DNA of 28,353 nucleotides from a virus (Duplodnaviria > Heunggongvirae > Uroviricota > Caudoviricetes), in IMG/VR virus record IMGVR_UViG_648276669_000001; one strand, given 5' to 3'. Position numbers and translations under genes: made by a program. Positions 21,259-28,353 of this stretch are shown piece by piece. Each line of letters starts with the position of its first letter. The first letter of the stretch is position 1. The notes below the pieces were generated by a model that searched no databases, was not told where the DNA came from, and saw only the letters and a list, made by a program, of their open reading frames with translations.

Positions 21259-21615
21259 CTACTGTTCGCTTAGCTTCTGCTTCAGCAAGTAACCTTCGAG
21301 CATCCAGATTTTGTTTACAGCATTCTGCCGGGCAATCTTCCGACCAATTTCTGCATCAAAATTTTCCGGACTTGCACAGGCGCTCTCTCCGGTGACGGTG
21401 AAGCCATTCTTCAGCACCAGTACGCAGAAAGTCAGGAGGTCTGTAGATTTATGCGCTGTCCATGAATCGCCAACGCCCATATTGGCAGCACGAATGCCGT
21501 CATAAGCAGTAAAGAAATGCTCTTCAAGAATGATGCTTTCGATATATTGAAGCGTAACTCGCGGAGCGGTTTTGCCTTTCTCAACGATTTCTTTTTCGAT
21601 TTGCTGGTCGTTCAT
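21259..21615 (-). CDS. Gp49-like phage protein (Phage_gp49_66-type), function unknown
   Basis: 118 aa; family assignment by recall of the motif pattern only, not by search. Confidence 0.55.
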   Translation of the reverse strand: MNDQQIEKEIVEKGKTAPRVTLQYIESIILEEHFFTAYDGIRAANMGVGDSWTAHKSTDLLTFCVLVLKNGFTVTGESACASPENFDAEIGRKIARQNAVNKIWMLEGYLLKQKLSEQ

Positions 21616-21773
21616 AATTATGACCCTGTGGAGTGGTTGCTTGATTAGGATGTCTTTCCATCAGTCCGCCACCACAAAGAATCTTTTTTGCCATAAGGCA
21701 GGAGGTTCATCTTTCAGTGGCTGCCAGTGTTATTTCCCCACTTACTGGCTTGGGTTGTTTCGCTGTACTGCCG

Positions 21774-22316
21774 TTAATTAGTGAGTCCGGGGATTACGGT
21801 TTGCCCGTGCTGTTCAAGGCGTTCAATTCTCGCCAGTAGCTGAGGCTTCTTAATTTTTCCCCAGCGATTAAGCAGGCGACCTGACATGCTGGCAACATCC
21901 TTCTCTTTCATGTACTCCAGCATTACGGCATTTCTCTCTTCTTCAAATTGACGATGACCAACCTGAAGCATGGCGTACATCCAGTTAAATGCGTTGATGT
22001 AAGCAATTTTGATACGCATTGCTTCTTTTTTGGTGTAGGACATAACCAAAAGCATCAACCCATCCTTGCGGAGACGGTAGAATTTTTGCGGCTTACCATT
22101 CTGTAACTCATTGTTTTTATAGCAAAGCTCAAAGTTGAGCTTTGTATCAAACTCAGGAGGGCAAGCTTCTATGGTTCGTTCAATGTCACGAACTACGTTC
22201 TTCGGCAGCTTTCCAAATGCTTTTGCCACCATAAAAGAATCTGTAACCGGATCGTTGTTTGCCACAAAAATCAGATCTCGGAAATCAATGCCGTTAACGA
22301 TAGTTGGATAATGCAT
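21774..22316 (-). CDS. rha: Rha-family phage regulatory protein
   Basis: 180 aa; N-terminal region (IVNGIDFRDLIFVANNDPVTDSFMVAKAFGK..NVVRDIE) typical of Rha/ORF6N-domain proteins; AAGGTG RBS. Confidence 0.8.
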   Translation of the reverse strand: MHYPTIVNGIDFRDLIFVANNDPVTDSFMVAKAFGKLPKNVVRDIERTIEACPPEFDTKLNFELCYKNNELQNGKPQKFYRLRKDGLMLLVMSYTKKEAMRIKIAYINAFNWMYAMLQVGHRQFEEERNAVMLEYMKEKDVASMSGRLLNRWGKIKKPQLLARIERLEQHGQTVIPGLTN

Positions 22317-22461
22317 CAGTGATCACCTTTTAGTGATGAACCTTGTCACACAGGATTCCGGCCCACAGAAAGGCACCGATCACCAAACCGGCATCCTCAA
22401 GGGTCATCCTGAAAGGTTCTGTGTTCATAAGTCGCGCGTGTGAAGCGCGTTTACTGCGGAC

Positions 22462-22488
22462 ATAAAAAAGCCCCGCATCGCGAGGCTC
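22462..22488 (-). terminator. GC-rich hairpin plus T-run downstream of Rz/Rz1
   Basis: Plus strand aaaaaagccccgcatcgcgaggc. Confidence 0.5.
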
Positions 22489-22519
22489 ATTAAATGGACT
22501 TTGTGATTTGCAAAAAAAT

Positions 22520-22957
22520 TTATTTCAGGCACTGAGTCCTGATGTACTCCTGCAGGTAGTTAACCTGCGCGGTTATCCTGTCGATTCCACTTCGGAGACG
22601 GTAATAATTGAGTTCAGCATCTGCTGTAAGTCTTGGGCTTTCTCCATCGCCCATGCCGCTGGCTCCGGTCGTTGACTTTGCACAGGTGGCGGCGACTTGC
22701 AGGCGCTTACGCCCAGCAGAAACATCAGCACGGAGACTTTCGATAGTCGCGTTAGCATCAGCAAGCTCCTTTGTATATCTGGCATCGAGTTCTGCTACGT
22801 CACGTTGACGCTTCTGCATATCAGCGATGATGGATGTGGCTTTATCGCGCTGGTCTTTGTAGGCGATGGCGTTATCACGGTAATGATTAACAGCCCATGA
22901 CAGGCAGACGATGATGCAGATAACCAGAGCGGAGATAATCGCGGTTAACCGACTCAT
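22520..22957 (-). CDS. Rz: i-spanin Rz
   Basis: From the internal [37 protein letters not shown]..., closely matching lambda Rz from memory. Confidence 0.85.
   Translation of the reverse strand: MSRLTAIISALVICIIVCLSWAVNHYRDNAIAYKDQRDKATSIIADMQKRQRDVAELDARYTKELADANATIESLRADVSAGRKRLQVAATCAKSTTGASGMGDGESPRLTADAELNYYRLRSGIDRITAQVNYLQEYIRTQCLK
22573..22758 (-). CDS. Rz1: o-spanin Rz1 (lipoprotein) embedded in the +1 frame of Rz
   Basis: [27 protein letters not shown]... with lipobox LLGVSAC and a Pro-rich segment, embedded in Rz as in lambda. Confidence 0.75.
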   Translation of the reverse strand: MLTRLSKVSVLMFLLGVSACKSPPPVQSQRPEPAAWAMEKAQDLQQMLNSIITVSEVESTG

Positions 22958-23045
22958 GACATCAACACCCCAACAGCCAGAAAACACGGCCACGCATCGT
23001 TGCCATTAAATGCGAGCAACGCTGCCATGAAAAAGCAAATCATGC

Positions 23046-23543
23046 TCATTGCTGCCCCCACAAACAGACTTCACGCTCAATCTCACGACGAGTCATCAGC
23101 CCTTTCCATTGCTTACCGCCAGCGTATGTCCAGCGACGTAGCTGGTCACATGCGCCTTTGATATCGCCCTGGTTTATTTTGCGAAGAAGCGTCGATGTTC
23201 TGAAATTGCCTGCGCCCACGTTGTAGACGAACGAGTAAAGAGCGCCGCGCGTTGTTTCCGGTATATCGACTTTGATGTACGGGTTAATTTGTCTGGCGAC
23301 CGTGGCAAGGTCTTTATTCAGGAGGGCTTTGCATTCTGCTTCGGTATACGTTTTACCGGGAATGATGTCTTTTCCGGTGTGTCCGTGACATACAGTCCAT
23401 ACACCAACGATATCTTTATATGGTATGTAGCTGACGCCTTCCAGACCATCGTTACCACTTGGGCCAGTGATTAACACAGATGCTATAGCAATAGCCCCGC
23501 CACCAATAGCCGCAGCAACGGCTTTTCGTAATGATGGAGGCAT
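23046..23543 (-). CDS. SAR endolysin (lysozyme, phage 21 R21 type)
   Basis: N-terminal signal-anchor-release segment [20 protein letters not shown] followed by a T4-lysozyme-like catalytic region. Confidence 0.9.
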   Translation of the reverse strand: MPPSLRKAVAAAIGGGAIAIASVLITGPSGNDGLEGVSYIPYKDIVGVWTVCHGHTGKDIIPGKTYTEAECKALLNKDLATVARQINPYIKVDIPETTRGALYSFVYNVGAGNFRTSTLLRKINQGDIKGACDQLRRWTYAGGKQWKGLMTRREIEREVCLWGQQ

Positions 23544-23758
23544 TATTCACCTCTCGCAGCCTTTCTTCTGTCTTCTCTGATTTTGAAGTACAGATTTGTC
23601 AGATAGGTGAGAAAGCCCAACACAAGGCTTCCAAGCACTCCAATCGCAGCCCACTGTGATGGACTGACCTGATCCAACCACTGCAAAAACCAGTATCCCG
23701 CACTACCAGCGGATGTTCCGTAAGCAATGCCAGTTGAGATTTTGTCCATTGATTTCAT
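23543..23758 (-). CDS. S: Pinholin S21 with dual start motif (S21-71 at 23758, S21-68 at 23749)
   Basis: [71 protein letters not shown] matches phage 21 S21 from memory. Confidence 0.9.
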   Translation of the reverse strand: MKSMDKISTGIAYGTSAGSAGYWFLQWLDQVSPSQWAAIGVLGSLVLGFLTYLTNLYFKIREDRRKAARGE

Positions 23759-24046
23759 AGCAACGCCTCCGCCAGTAACGGATTGCGTAGTTCTTATATT
23801 GGGAAGGGGAAAAGAAGGCCGCAGCGTAACTATCGCTGATGAGTTCAGGATAGTCAGTGGCTACGGCTCAGTTTGGGTTGTGCTGTTGCTGGGCGGCGAT
23901 GACGCCTGTACGCATTTGTTGATCCGGTTCTGCTTCCGGTATTCGCTTAATTCAGCACAACGGAAAGAGCATTTATGGCTCGCATCGCGGGAAAAAGCCC
24001 ACGGTAGAGAGTCGAACTCTACAAATGCTCTTACCTGTTGCACAGA

Positions 24047-24108
24047 TATAAAAAATCCCGAAACCGTTATGCAGGCTCTAACTATTACCTGCGAACTGTT
24101 TCGGGATT
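24047..24108 (-). terminator. tR' terminator (end of the lambda-type 6S RNA)
   Basis: Minus-strand AATCCCGAAAC...GGTTTCGGGATTTTTTAT is recognisable as the lambda tR' hairpin. Confidence 0.75.
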
Positions 24109-24243
24109 GCATTTTGCAGACCTCTCAGCCTGCGATGGTTGGAGTTCCAGACGATACGTCGAAGTGACCAACTAGGCGGAATCGGTAGTAAGCGCCGCCT
24201 CTTTTCATCTCACTACCACAACGAGCGAATTAACCCATCGTTG
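24048..24243 (-). ncRNA. 6S late leader RNA (PR' transcript to tR', about 194 nt) including the qut region
   Basis: Near-identity to the lambda PR'-tR' segment by recall (…TGACCCAACGATGGGTTAATTCGCTCGTTGTGGTAGTGAGATGAAAAGAGGCGGCGC…). Confidence 0.65.
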
Positions 24244-24280
24244 GGTCAAATTTACCCAACTTTATTCAAATAGTCAATAT
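24244..24280 (-). promoter_or_regulatory. Late promoter PR' (-35 TTGACT, -10 TAAATT) with Q-utilisation site
   Basis: Minus-strand TTGACTATTTGAATAAAGTTGGGTAAATT matches lambda PR' with 17 bp spacing. Confidence 0.7.
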
Positions 24281-24319
24281 TATGCCGTTAATATGTTGCC
24301 ATCCGTGGCAATCATGCTG

Positions 24320-24943
24320 TTAACGTGTGACCGCATTCAAAATGTTGTCTGCGATTGACTCTTCCTTGTGGCATTGCACGACCAGAGCGTCATACAGCGG
24401 CTTAACAGTGCGTGACCAGGTGGGTTGAGTAAGGTTTGGGATTAGCATCGTTACAGCGCGATATGCGGCGCTTGCTGGCATCCTGGAATAGCCGACTCCT
24501 TTGCATCTTCCGCACTCTTTCTCAACAACTCTCCCCCATTGCTCTGTTTTGGCTATATCAACCGCACGGCCTGTACCGTGGCAATCTCTGCATCTTGCGC
24601 CCGGCGTCGCGGCACTACGGCAATAATCCGCATAAGCGAATGTTGCGAGCACTTGCAGTACCTTTGCCTTAGTATTTCCTTCAAGCTTTGCAACGCCACG
24701 GTATTTCCCCGATACCTTGTGTGCAAATTGCATCAGATAGTTGATAGCCTTTTGTTTGTCGCTCTGGCTGAGTTCGTGCTTACCACAGAATGCAGCCATT
24801 CCGAATCCGGCTTGTGATTGCGCCATCCCCATAGCAGCCATCACATCAGTACCGGAAAGAGAGTCAGAAGCCGTAGCCCGTGGTGAGTCGCTCATCATCG
24901 GGCTTTTTGGCGAATGAAATTTAGCTACACTTTCGAGTCTCAT
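24320..24943 (-). CDS. Q: Late antiterminator Q (lambda type)
   Basis: 207 aa; MRLESVAKFHSPKSPMMSDSPRATASDSLSGTDVMAAMGMAQSQAGFGMAAFCGKHEL... matches lambda Q from memory. Confidence 0.95.
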   Translation of the reverse strand: MRLESVAKFHSPKSPMMSDSPRATASDSLSGTDVMAAMGMAQSQAGFGMAAFCGKHELSQSDKQKAINYLMQFAHKVSGKYRGVAKLEGNTKAKVLQVLATFAYADYCRSAATPGARCRDCHGTGRAVDIAKTEQWGRVVEKECGRCKGVGYSRMPASAAYRAVTMLIPNLTQPTWSRTVKPLYDALVVQCHKEESIADNILNAVTR

Positions 24944-25128
24944 CGTCTTCCCTTTTTGCCTGGCGTGACCATCAGGACGCCGTTAACTATTACGTGACGC
25001 TCGCCTTTGCTGTCTCGGTTGTACTTGAGCACTGTTCCTCTTGCGCAGGAAAGCATCCTTGCCACTTCGGTCTGATTGCCTCGTGTCTGGATAAGAAGCT
25101 CTGGTATCGTTTGAATTGTGGCGTTCAT
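24940..25128 (-). CDS. ninH: NinH-like small DNA-binding protein
   Basis: 62 aa; TIPELLIQTRGNQTEVARMLSCARGTVLKY resembles lambda NinH; start overlaps the RusA stop and its stop overlaps the Q start. Confidence 0.75.
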   Translation of the reverse strand: MNATIQTIPELLIQTRGNQTEVARMLSCARGTVLKYNRDSKGERHVIVNGVLMVTPGKKGRR

Positions 25129-25487
25129 ACGTTCTCCAGTTCGGTGATTTTTATTCCAAGCCTTCCGCCTGGTACTTTCACGCCACGAATTACGCGAATG
25201 TCATCGAATTGCTCGTCGTCTTCTGCAAATCCGGCGTGGATAAGGGAGTCGAGTAAACCTTTCAGGATGTTATCGAGGTCGCGGCGGCGGGAGTCTGGAA
25301 CGTCTGCGATGACTTTGATGCGGAGTCGTGATTTGGTGAAAATATCTAACTTGAGTTGGCGGATTATTTGCTGTACATCTTTTCGGTATTTCTGGCCTTT
25401 ATCGCTGATGTAGTATTGGCTTCCCCGTCTTCGCCAGTAGGTGTTCAGCGACGGCGGATATGGAAGCACAAACTGATATTCGTTCAT
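25125..25487 (-). CDS. rusA: RusA-family Holliday junction resolvase
   Basis: 120 aa; motifs LPYPPSLNTYW and DSRRRDLDNILKGLLDSL resemble RusA. Confidence 0.85.
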   Translation of the reverse strand: MNEYQFVLPYPPSLNTYWRRRGSQYYISDKGQKYRKDVQQIIRQLKLDIFTKSRLRIKVIADVPDSRRRDLDNILKGLLDSLIHAGFAEDDEQFDDIRVIRGVKVPGGRLGIKITELENV

Positions 25488-25774
25488 GACTTAATCTTCC
25501 CCTCCTTCAGCAGTATCGCCTGCGTCCTGATCACGCCTTCGAGGTGGTAAAGTCTGGCGTCTTTGTTGTCGAGATTATGGGTGCGTCGGTCGATTTCATC
25601 GTGACACGCGCTACAAGCCCATGCACCGTTCAGGTCGTCAGGCTTCATTCCAGTTCCGCAAATTCCAGCCATCCGGTAATGTGCCAGAACTGTAGTTTCA
25701 GGATTGCCATTGCATATGCCGTAAATACGTACCTGGCATTCTCTGCCGCGCGCTTCTTTGCGTAGGTTAGCCAT
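25484..25774 (-). CDS. YbcO-like (DUF1364) Cys/His-rich putative nuclease
   Basis: From the internal ATG with AGGA RBS: MANLRKEARGRECQVRIYGICNGNPETTVLAHYR...CSACHDEIDRRTH resembles DLP12 YbcO as I recall it. Confidence 0.7.
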   Translation of the reverse strand: MANLRKEARGRECQVRIYGICNGNPETTVLAHYRMAGICGTGMKPDDLNGAWACSACHDEIDRRTHNLDNKDARLYHLEGVIRTQAILLKEGKIKS

Positions 25775-26114
25775 TGTGATTTTCCTTTTCGTCACATTTG
25801 CATTTGCAACATTCCATATGGTATGGGAATGAGCTATCCAGTTCGGTAAACCATTCCCTGCATTCAGGGCAATACAAAACCTCCCATGGAACTCCGTATT
25901 CCGTTATCCATTCGAGGACCTGCTTTGTCATTGGAATTGGCGGTATTGCTGAAACATCGTAATTTTTTATGGATAATTCTTTCAAAGCCATGTCGTAACG
26001 ATGCTGAACTGTCGAAAGGTGTCGATTTGTTATGACTAGCTGGCGTCTTAACTGGTAATTGGCTTCGATTAAATCGTTAATCCTTTTTCCTGGATGGGAA
26101 AGTGTTTTCATCAT
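25767..26114 (-). CDS. Hypothetical Cys-rich nin-region protein (115 aa)
   Basis: GAGGA RBS 5-6 nt before ATG; C-terminal CPEC...HMECCKCKC suggests metal binding. Confidence 0.55.
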   Translation of the reverse strand: MMKTLSHPGKRINDLIEANYQLRRQLVITNRHLSTVQHRYDMALKELSIKNYDVSAIPPIPMTKQVLEWITEYGVPWEVLYCPECREWFTELDSSFPYHMECCKCKCDEKENHNG

Positions 26115-26280
26115 CTTCTTCCTCGTACATTGAGCTATTCGGATCGCTCATCAGTTCTGCGCAGCAATCGGAGCACACGTGAACTTCCAGCACATGCAGC
26201 TTCTGACCGCAGTTAGCGCACGTTAAAGCCCGCTCGACGCTTTCTTTCTGGTATTGAAGAGATTGGGATGGACTAAGCAT
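26077..26280 (-). CDS. Small zinc-ribbon protein (NinF-like position), 67 aa from the internal ATG
   Basis: CANCGQKLH...CSDCC motif; internal ATG lies 5 nt before the stop of the upstream gene (ATGCTTAG). The ORF-track start at 26337 would overlap that gene by 65 nt. Confidence 0.5.
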   Translation of the reverse strand: MLSPSQSLQYQKESVERALTCANCGQKLHVLEVHVCSDCCAELMSDPNSSMYEEEDDENTFPSRKKD

Positions 26281-26680
26281 GGCTTTCACCATTAAAAAGT
26301 CGCTTGTAAGCATCAATGTCTCGTTTTGCTTCACCAAGCTTTCGTCTTAATTCCATGTTTTCTGATTCAAGCTTTTCCATGTCTTGCTGGTATCGATCGC
26401 GGTGTTCTTTCCATGCTTTTCGATACGCCTTCATGTATGTCGTATTGGCCTTTCTCTTTGCCTGACGAACTGCGTGGTGGTTTTTCACAAACCAGTCAGG
26501 GTCGTTAAATGCTGCTCTGGCGCATGTATACCAATAATTTGTTGCCTCCCTGTTTAGCCAATAAATACTGATAAATGGCAACTGGATAGACACCATTTTT
26601 CGTTGAGACTCTTTCTCGCCAAACATGTGCCCTTTTTTGATGCTAAGGCCAAATCCAGGTTGAATTAAAAGCATTGTCAT
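26273..26680 (-). CDS. Hypothetical nin-region protein (NinX-like position) with a C-terminal coiled coil
   Basis: Start chosen at the ATG that overlaps the NinE stop (ATGA); the ORF-track start (26716) would overlap ninE. Confidence 0.55.
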   Translation of the reverse strand: MTMLLIQPGFGLSIKKGHMFGEKESQRKMVSIQLPFISIYWLNREATNYWYTCARAAFNDPDWFVKNHHAVRQAKRKANTTYMKAYRKAWKEHRDRYQQDMEKLESENMELRRKLGEAKRDIDAYKRLFNGESHA

Positions 26681-26853
26681 TTCCTCGCACGATGTCTTAG
26701 CCACCGGATATCCCACAGGTGAGCCGTGTAATTGAAGGTTTTTACGTCAGATTCTTTTGGGATTGGCTTGCGTTTATTTCTGGAGCGTTTCGTTGGAAGG
26801 TATTTGCAGTTTTCGCAGATTATGTCGGTGATACTTCGTCGCTGTCGCCTCAT
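26677..26853 (-). CDS. ninE: NinE (58 aa), not in the ORF track because it is under the size cutoff
   Basis: My own translation of the minus strand: [58 protein letters not shown] matches lambda NinE from memory; ATGA overlaps at both ends with ninB and the downstream gene. Confidence 0.8.
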   Translation of the reverse strand: MRRQRRSITDIICENCKYLPTKRSRNKRKPIPKESDVKTFNYTAHLWDIRWLRHRARK

Positions 26854-27260
26854 TCATACCTCCTGTCGGTAAATCTGACACCCTGACCAATAGCCCAGGC
26901 TGTTGTGTACTCGATCAGACTTGCCATACGCTTCACGCTCATCTGTGCGCTACTCTCCCGAATGTTGACGAATTCGCCTTCAAGGCCGGGCAAAACATCA
27001 GCTTCCTGTTTTGTTGCCACTGCATGACCGCTGATCAACAAAACCTTCCATTGTTCTGGTTTTAACCATTTATCGCACCATTGAACCTGACGAGCGATAT
27101 CCGCCAGCATCGCGTGAAATTTTGCGTTCTGGTCAAGATTTCGCTTGTAGTCAGTAATGCGGATGGTGACTGGCTTGTCTTTATCGAGAGGAGTTGAGAG
27201 GATGGCATTTATTGCGGCTTGCTGTTGTTGCTTACTTCGGAGGAAGATTGTTTGCTTCAT
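26850..27260 (-). CDS. ninB: NinB/Orf-family recombination mediator
   Basis: 136 aa; core [30 protein letters not shown]...[12 protein letters not shown] resembles lambda NinB. Confidence 0.85.
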   Translation of the reverse strand: MKQTIFLRSKQQQQAAINAILSTPLDKDKPVTIRITDYKRNLDQNAKFHAMLADIARQVQWCDKWLKPEQWKVLLISGHAVATKQEADVLPGLEGEFVNIRESSAQMSVKRMASLIEYTTAWAIGQGVRFTDRRYE

Positions 27261-27262
27261 CG

Positions 27263-27577
27263 TTACTCCTTCACTTTGACTCCGGCAGCGCGGATGTTTT
27301 CCTCATAAGCATCCATTGCATCACCGAAGCCATTGGAATAATCAACAGTAAACCCTTTGGCTAATGCTTCTCTGCTGTCGATAAACTTTGGCGCGGTTAT
27401 TTCAATAGCTGCTCGCGATGCCTGCCATAAAGCCCACCACTCATTTAAGGAGTGACGAATATCCATGCTTGAAAATGCGAAGTACCTATCACCATTTCTT
27501 GCCTCGGTTATCATCTCGAATGGTAATCTCAATTTTTTGGCAACGTATTCCTCAAACTTCTTTCTTGATTCGTCCAT
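27263..27577 (-). CDS. Hypothetical protein (104 aa)
   Basis: ORF tightly packed with neighbours; no homolog recognised. Confidence 0.55.
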   Translation of the reverse strand: MDESRKKFEEYVAKKLRLPFEMITEARNGDRYFAFSSMDIRHSLNEWWALWQASRAAIEITAPKFIDSREALAKGFTVDYSNGFGDAMDAYEENIRAAGVKVKE

Positions 27578-27588
27578 ATCAATCCCCG

Positions 27589-27789
27589 TTATGACAGGTT
27601 AATTTTCACCCAACCCTTCCCACGCACATTTGCAACAAGCCCTTTCTTTCTCAGGTATTGCATACGGCGATCGATGGTTTCGATATACATTCCATTGCTC
27701 CGCCATTTAAGCCAGATATCAAAAACAGGTGTTGGTCTTTCACTCAGCATTGAAAGAATGTTTTGATCTAATTTTTCGTACTTGCTCAC
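27589..27789 (-). CDS. Hypothetical protein (66 aa)
   Basis: ORF in the operon; stop overlaps the start of the downstream gene. Confidence 0.5.
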   Translation of the reverse strand: MSKYEKLDQNILSMLSERPTPVFDIWLKWRSNGMYIETIDRRMQYLRKKGLVANVRGKGWVKINLS

Positions 27790-28112
27790 AAATACCCTCT
27801 CTCACTTAATCGCGCCCACGCTTCGTTAAACTCTTCTCGGGTTGCGCCGGATTTTCTTTCTTCAAACATCACGCATTCGCTGATGTCTCCCCATGACTTT
27901 GGTCGCTTTTCAGCGAACAGATCATCCCATTCGAATACCCAGCGGCCTGATTTTCGGTAGTGGTAAATGGTCAGCCATGTTGTGCTGTTCGCTGGATACC
28001 CATAGAGAACTTCGACTTTTTGATCACGGTCTTTATGCTTTTTCAGAAGGATAAAGCCAGCAACCAGCGAAGCTCCGGCAAGAATGATGATTGGAATTTG
28101 CCAGTCAGCCAC
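27786..28112 (-). CDS. Hypothetical membrane-anchored protein (108 aa, GTG start, N-terminal TM helix IPIIILAGASLVAGFILL)
   Basis: ORF track; AGGG-type RBS upstream of GTG. Confidence 0.5.
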   Translation of the reverse strand: MADWQIPIIILAGASLVAGFILLKKHKDRDQKVEVLYGYPANSTTWLTIYHYRKSGRWVFEWDDLFAEKRPKSWGDISECVMFEERKSGATREEFNEAWARLSERGYL

Positions 28113-28188
28113 ACTTCCCTCTCCCCCAAATAAAAAGGCCTGCGATTACCAGCAGACCTGTTATTAGCTCAGTGATGTAGATGGTCAT
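28105..28188 (-). CDS. Possible 27-aa hydrophobic peptide (MTIYITELITGLLVIAGLFIWGRGKCG), translationally coupled to both neighbours
   Basis: My own translation; ATG overlaps the stop of the upstream partial ORF (ATGA) and its stop overlaps the GTG start of the downstream gene. Confidence 0.3.
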   Translation of the reverse strand: MTIYITELITGLLVIAGLFIWGRGKCG

Positions 28189-28353
28189 TGCTTCATCTCC
28201 CTTTCCATTTCATCAATGTCAACGTCATCAGGAAGATGGGAGCAATACGCCGCTATACCATGATGATTTATCTCATACCCTTTGAACGTTACCATCTGAT
28301 GCGTAATCTCAACTTCGTTCAGGAATCCGTCATCGCATAACTGCCTGGCTATT
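28185..28353 (-). CDS. 3' end of an unidentified gene entering from beyond the window end (...HLPDDVDIDEMEREMKQ)
   Basis: Open minus-strand frame from the window edge to TGA at 28185-28187; start lies outside the window. Confidence 0.4.
   Translation of the reverse strand, partial: IARQLCDDGFLNEVEITHQMVTFKGYEINHHGIAAYCSHLPDDVDIDEMEREMKQ

Larger units (their letters stand above)
480..28353. mobile_element. P22-like mosaic lambdoid prophage, right end; continues beyond window end. Left boundary/att site not located, expected between about 300 and 650
   Basis: Contiguous P22-order virion genes, immI region, lambda Q and phage-21 lysis genes, all recognisable from translations; adjacent host thrS. 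Confidence 0.85.

Noticed and set aside
22958-22993. Upstream start of Rz at 22993 ([12 protein letters not shown]...)
   Set aside because: Lambda-type Rz begins MSR...; the internal ATG has a suitable RBS and the extension is not conserved.
23993-24030. Possible tRNA gene at the T-arm-like hairpin
   Set aside because: Only a T-arm and acceptor 3' strand-like sequence are present; no D-arm, anticodon arm, 5' acceptor strand or CCA context, so it is not a complete tRNA. Kept as a structural observation only.
23727-24167. 146-aa plus-strand ORF and the 83-aa minus-strand ORF (23861-24112) between holin and Q
   Set aside because: Both overlap the lambda-type PR'/6S RNA/tR' segment, which is known to be non-coding; the 83-aa ORF starts inside the tR' hairpin.
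1-28353. CRISPR arrays, rRNA/tRNA genes, insertion sequences/transposases
   Set aside because: No regularly spaced direct repeats, no rRNA/tRNA-like sequences, and no transposase-like ORFs found on reading either strand.

Overview
The window is almost entirely the late/right half of a P22-like (Lederbergvirus-type) lambdoid prophage, abutting the 5' end of the host thrS gene (Enterobacteriaceae, probably E. coli). Nearly all genes are on the minus strand. Reading right to left: nin-region genes (NinB, NinE, NinX-like, small Cys-rich proteins, YbcO-like, RusA, NinH), lambda-type Q with PR'/6S RNA/tR', a phage-21-type lysis cassette (S21 pinholin, SAR endolysin, Rz/Rz1), Rha and Gp49-like accessory genes, then a P22-type virion block (gp3 with pac site, gp2, portal, scaffold, coat, gp4, gp10, gp26, gp14, gp7, gp20, gp16), the immI region (mnt, operators, arc, sar, ant) and a chimeric tailspike. 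The most interesting loci are accessory: (i) a lipoprotein plus divergent secreted protein in the position P22 uses for sieA, (ii) the chimeric tailspike followed by an AT-rich hexapeptide-repeat acetyltransferase with two C7 tracts upstream, a candidate phase-variable receptor-modification module. All identifications rest on reading the six-frame translations and recalling published protein sequences; no database search was run. Coordinates of non-ORF features are +/-2 nt.
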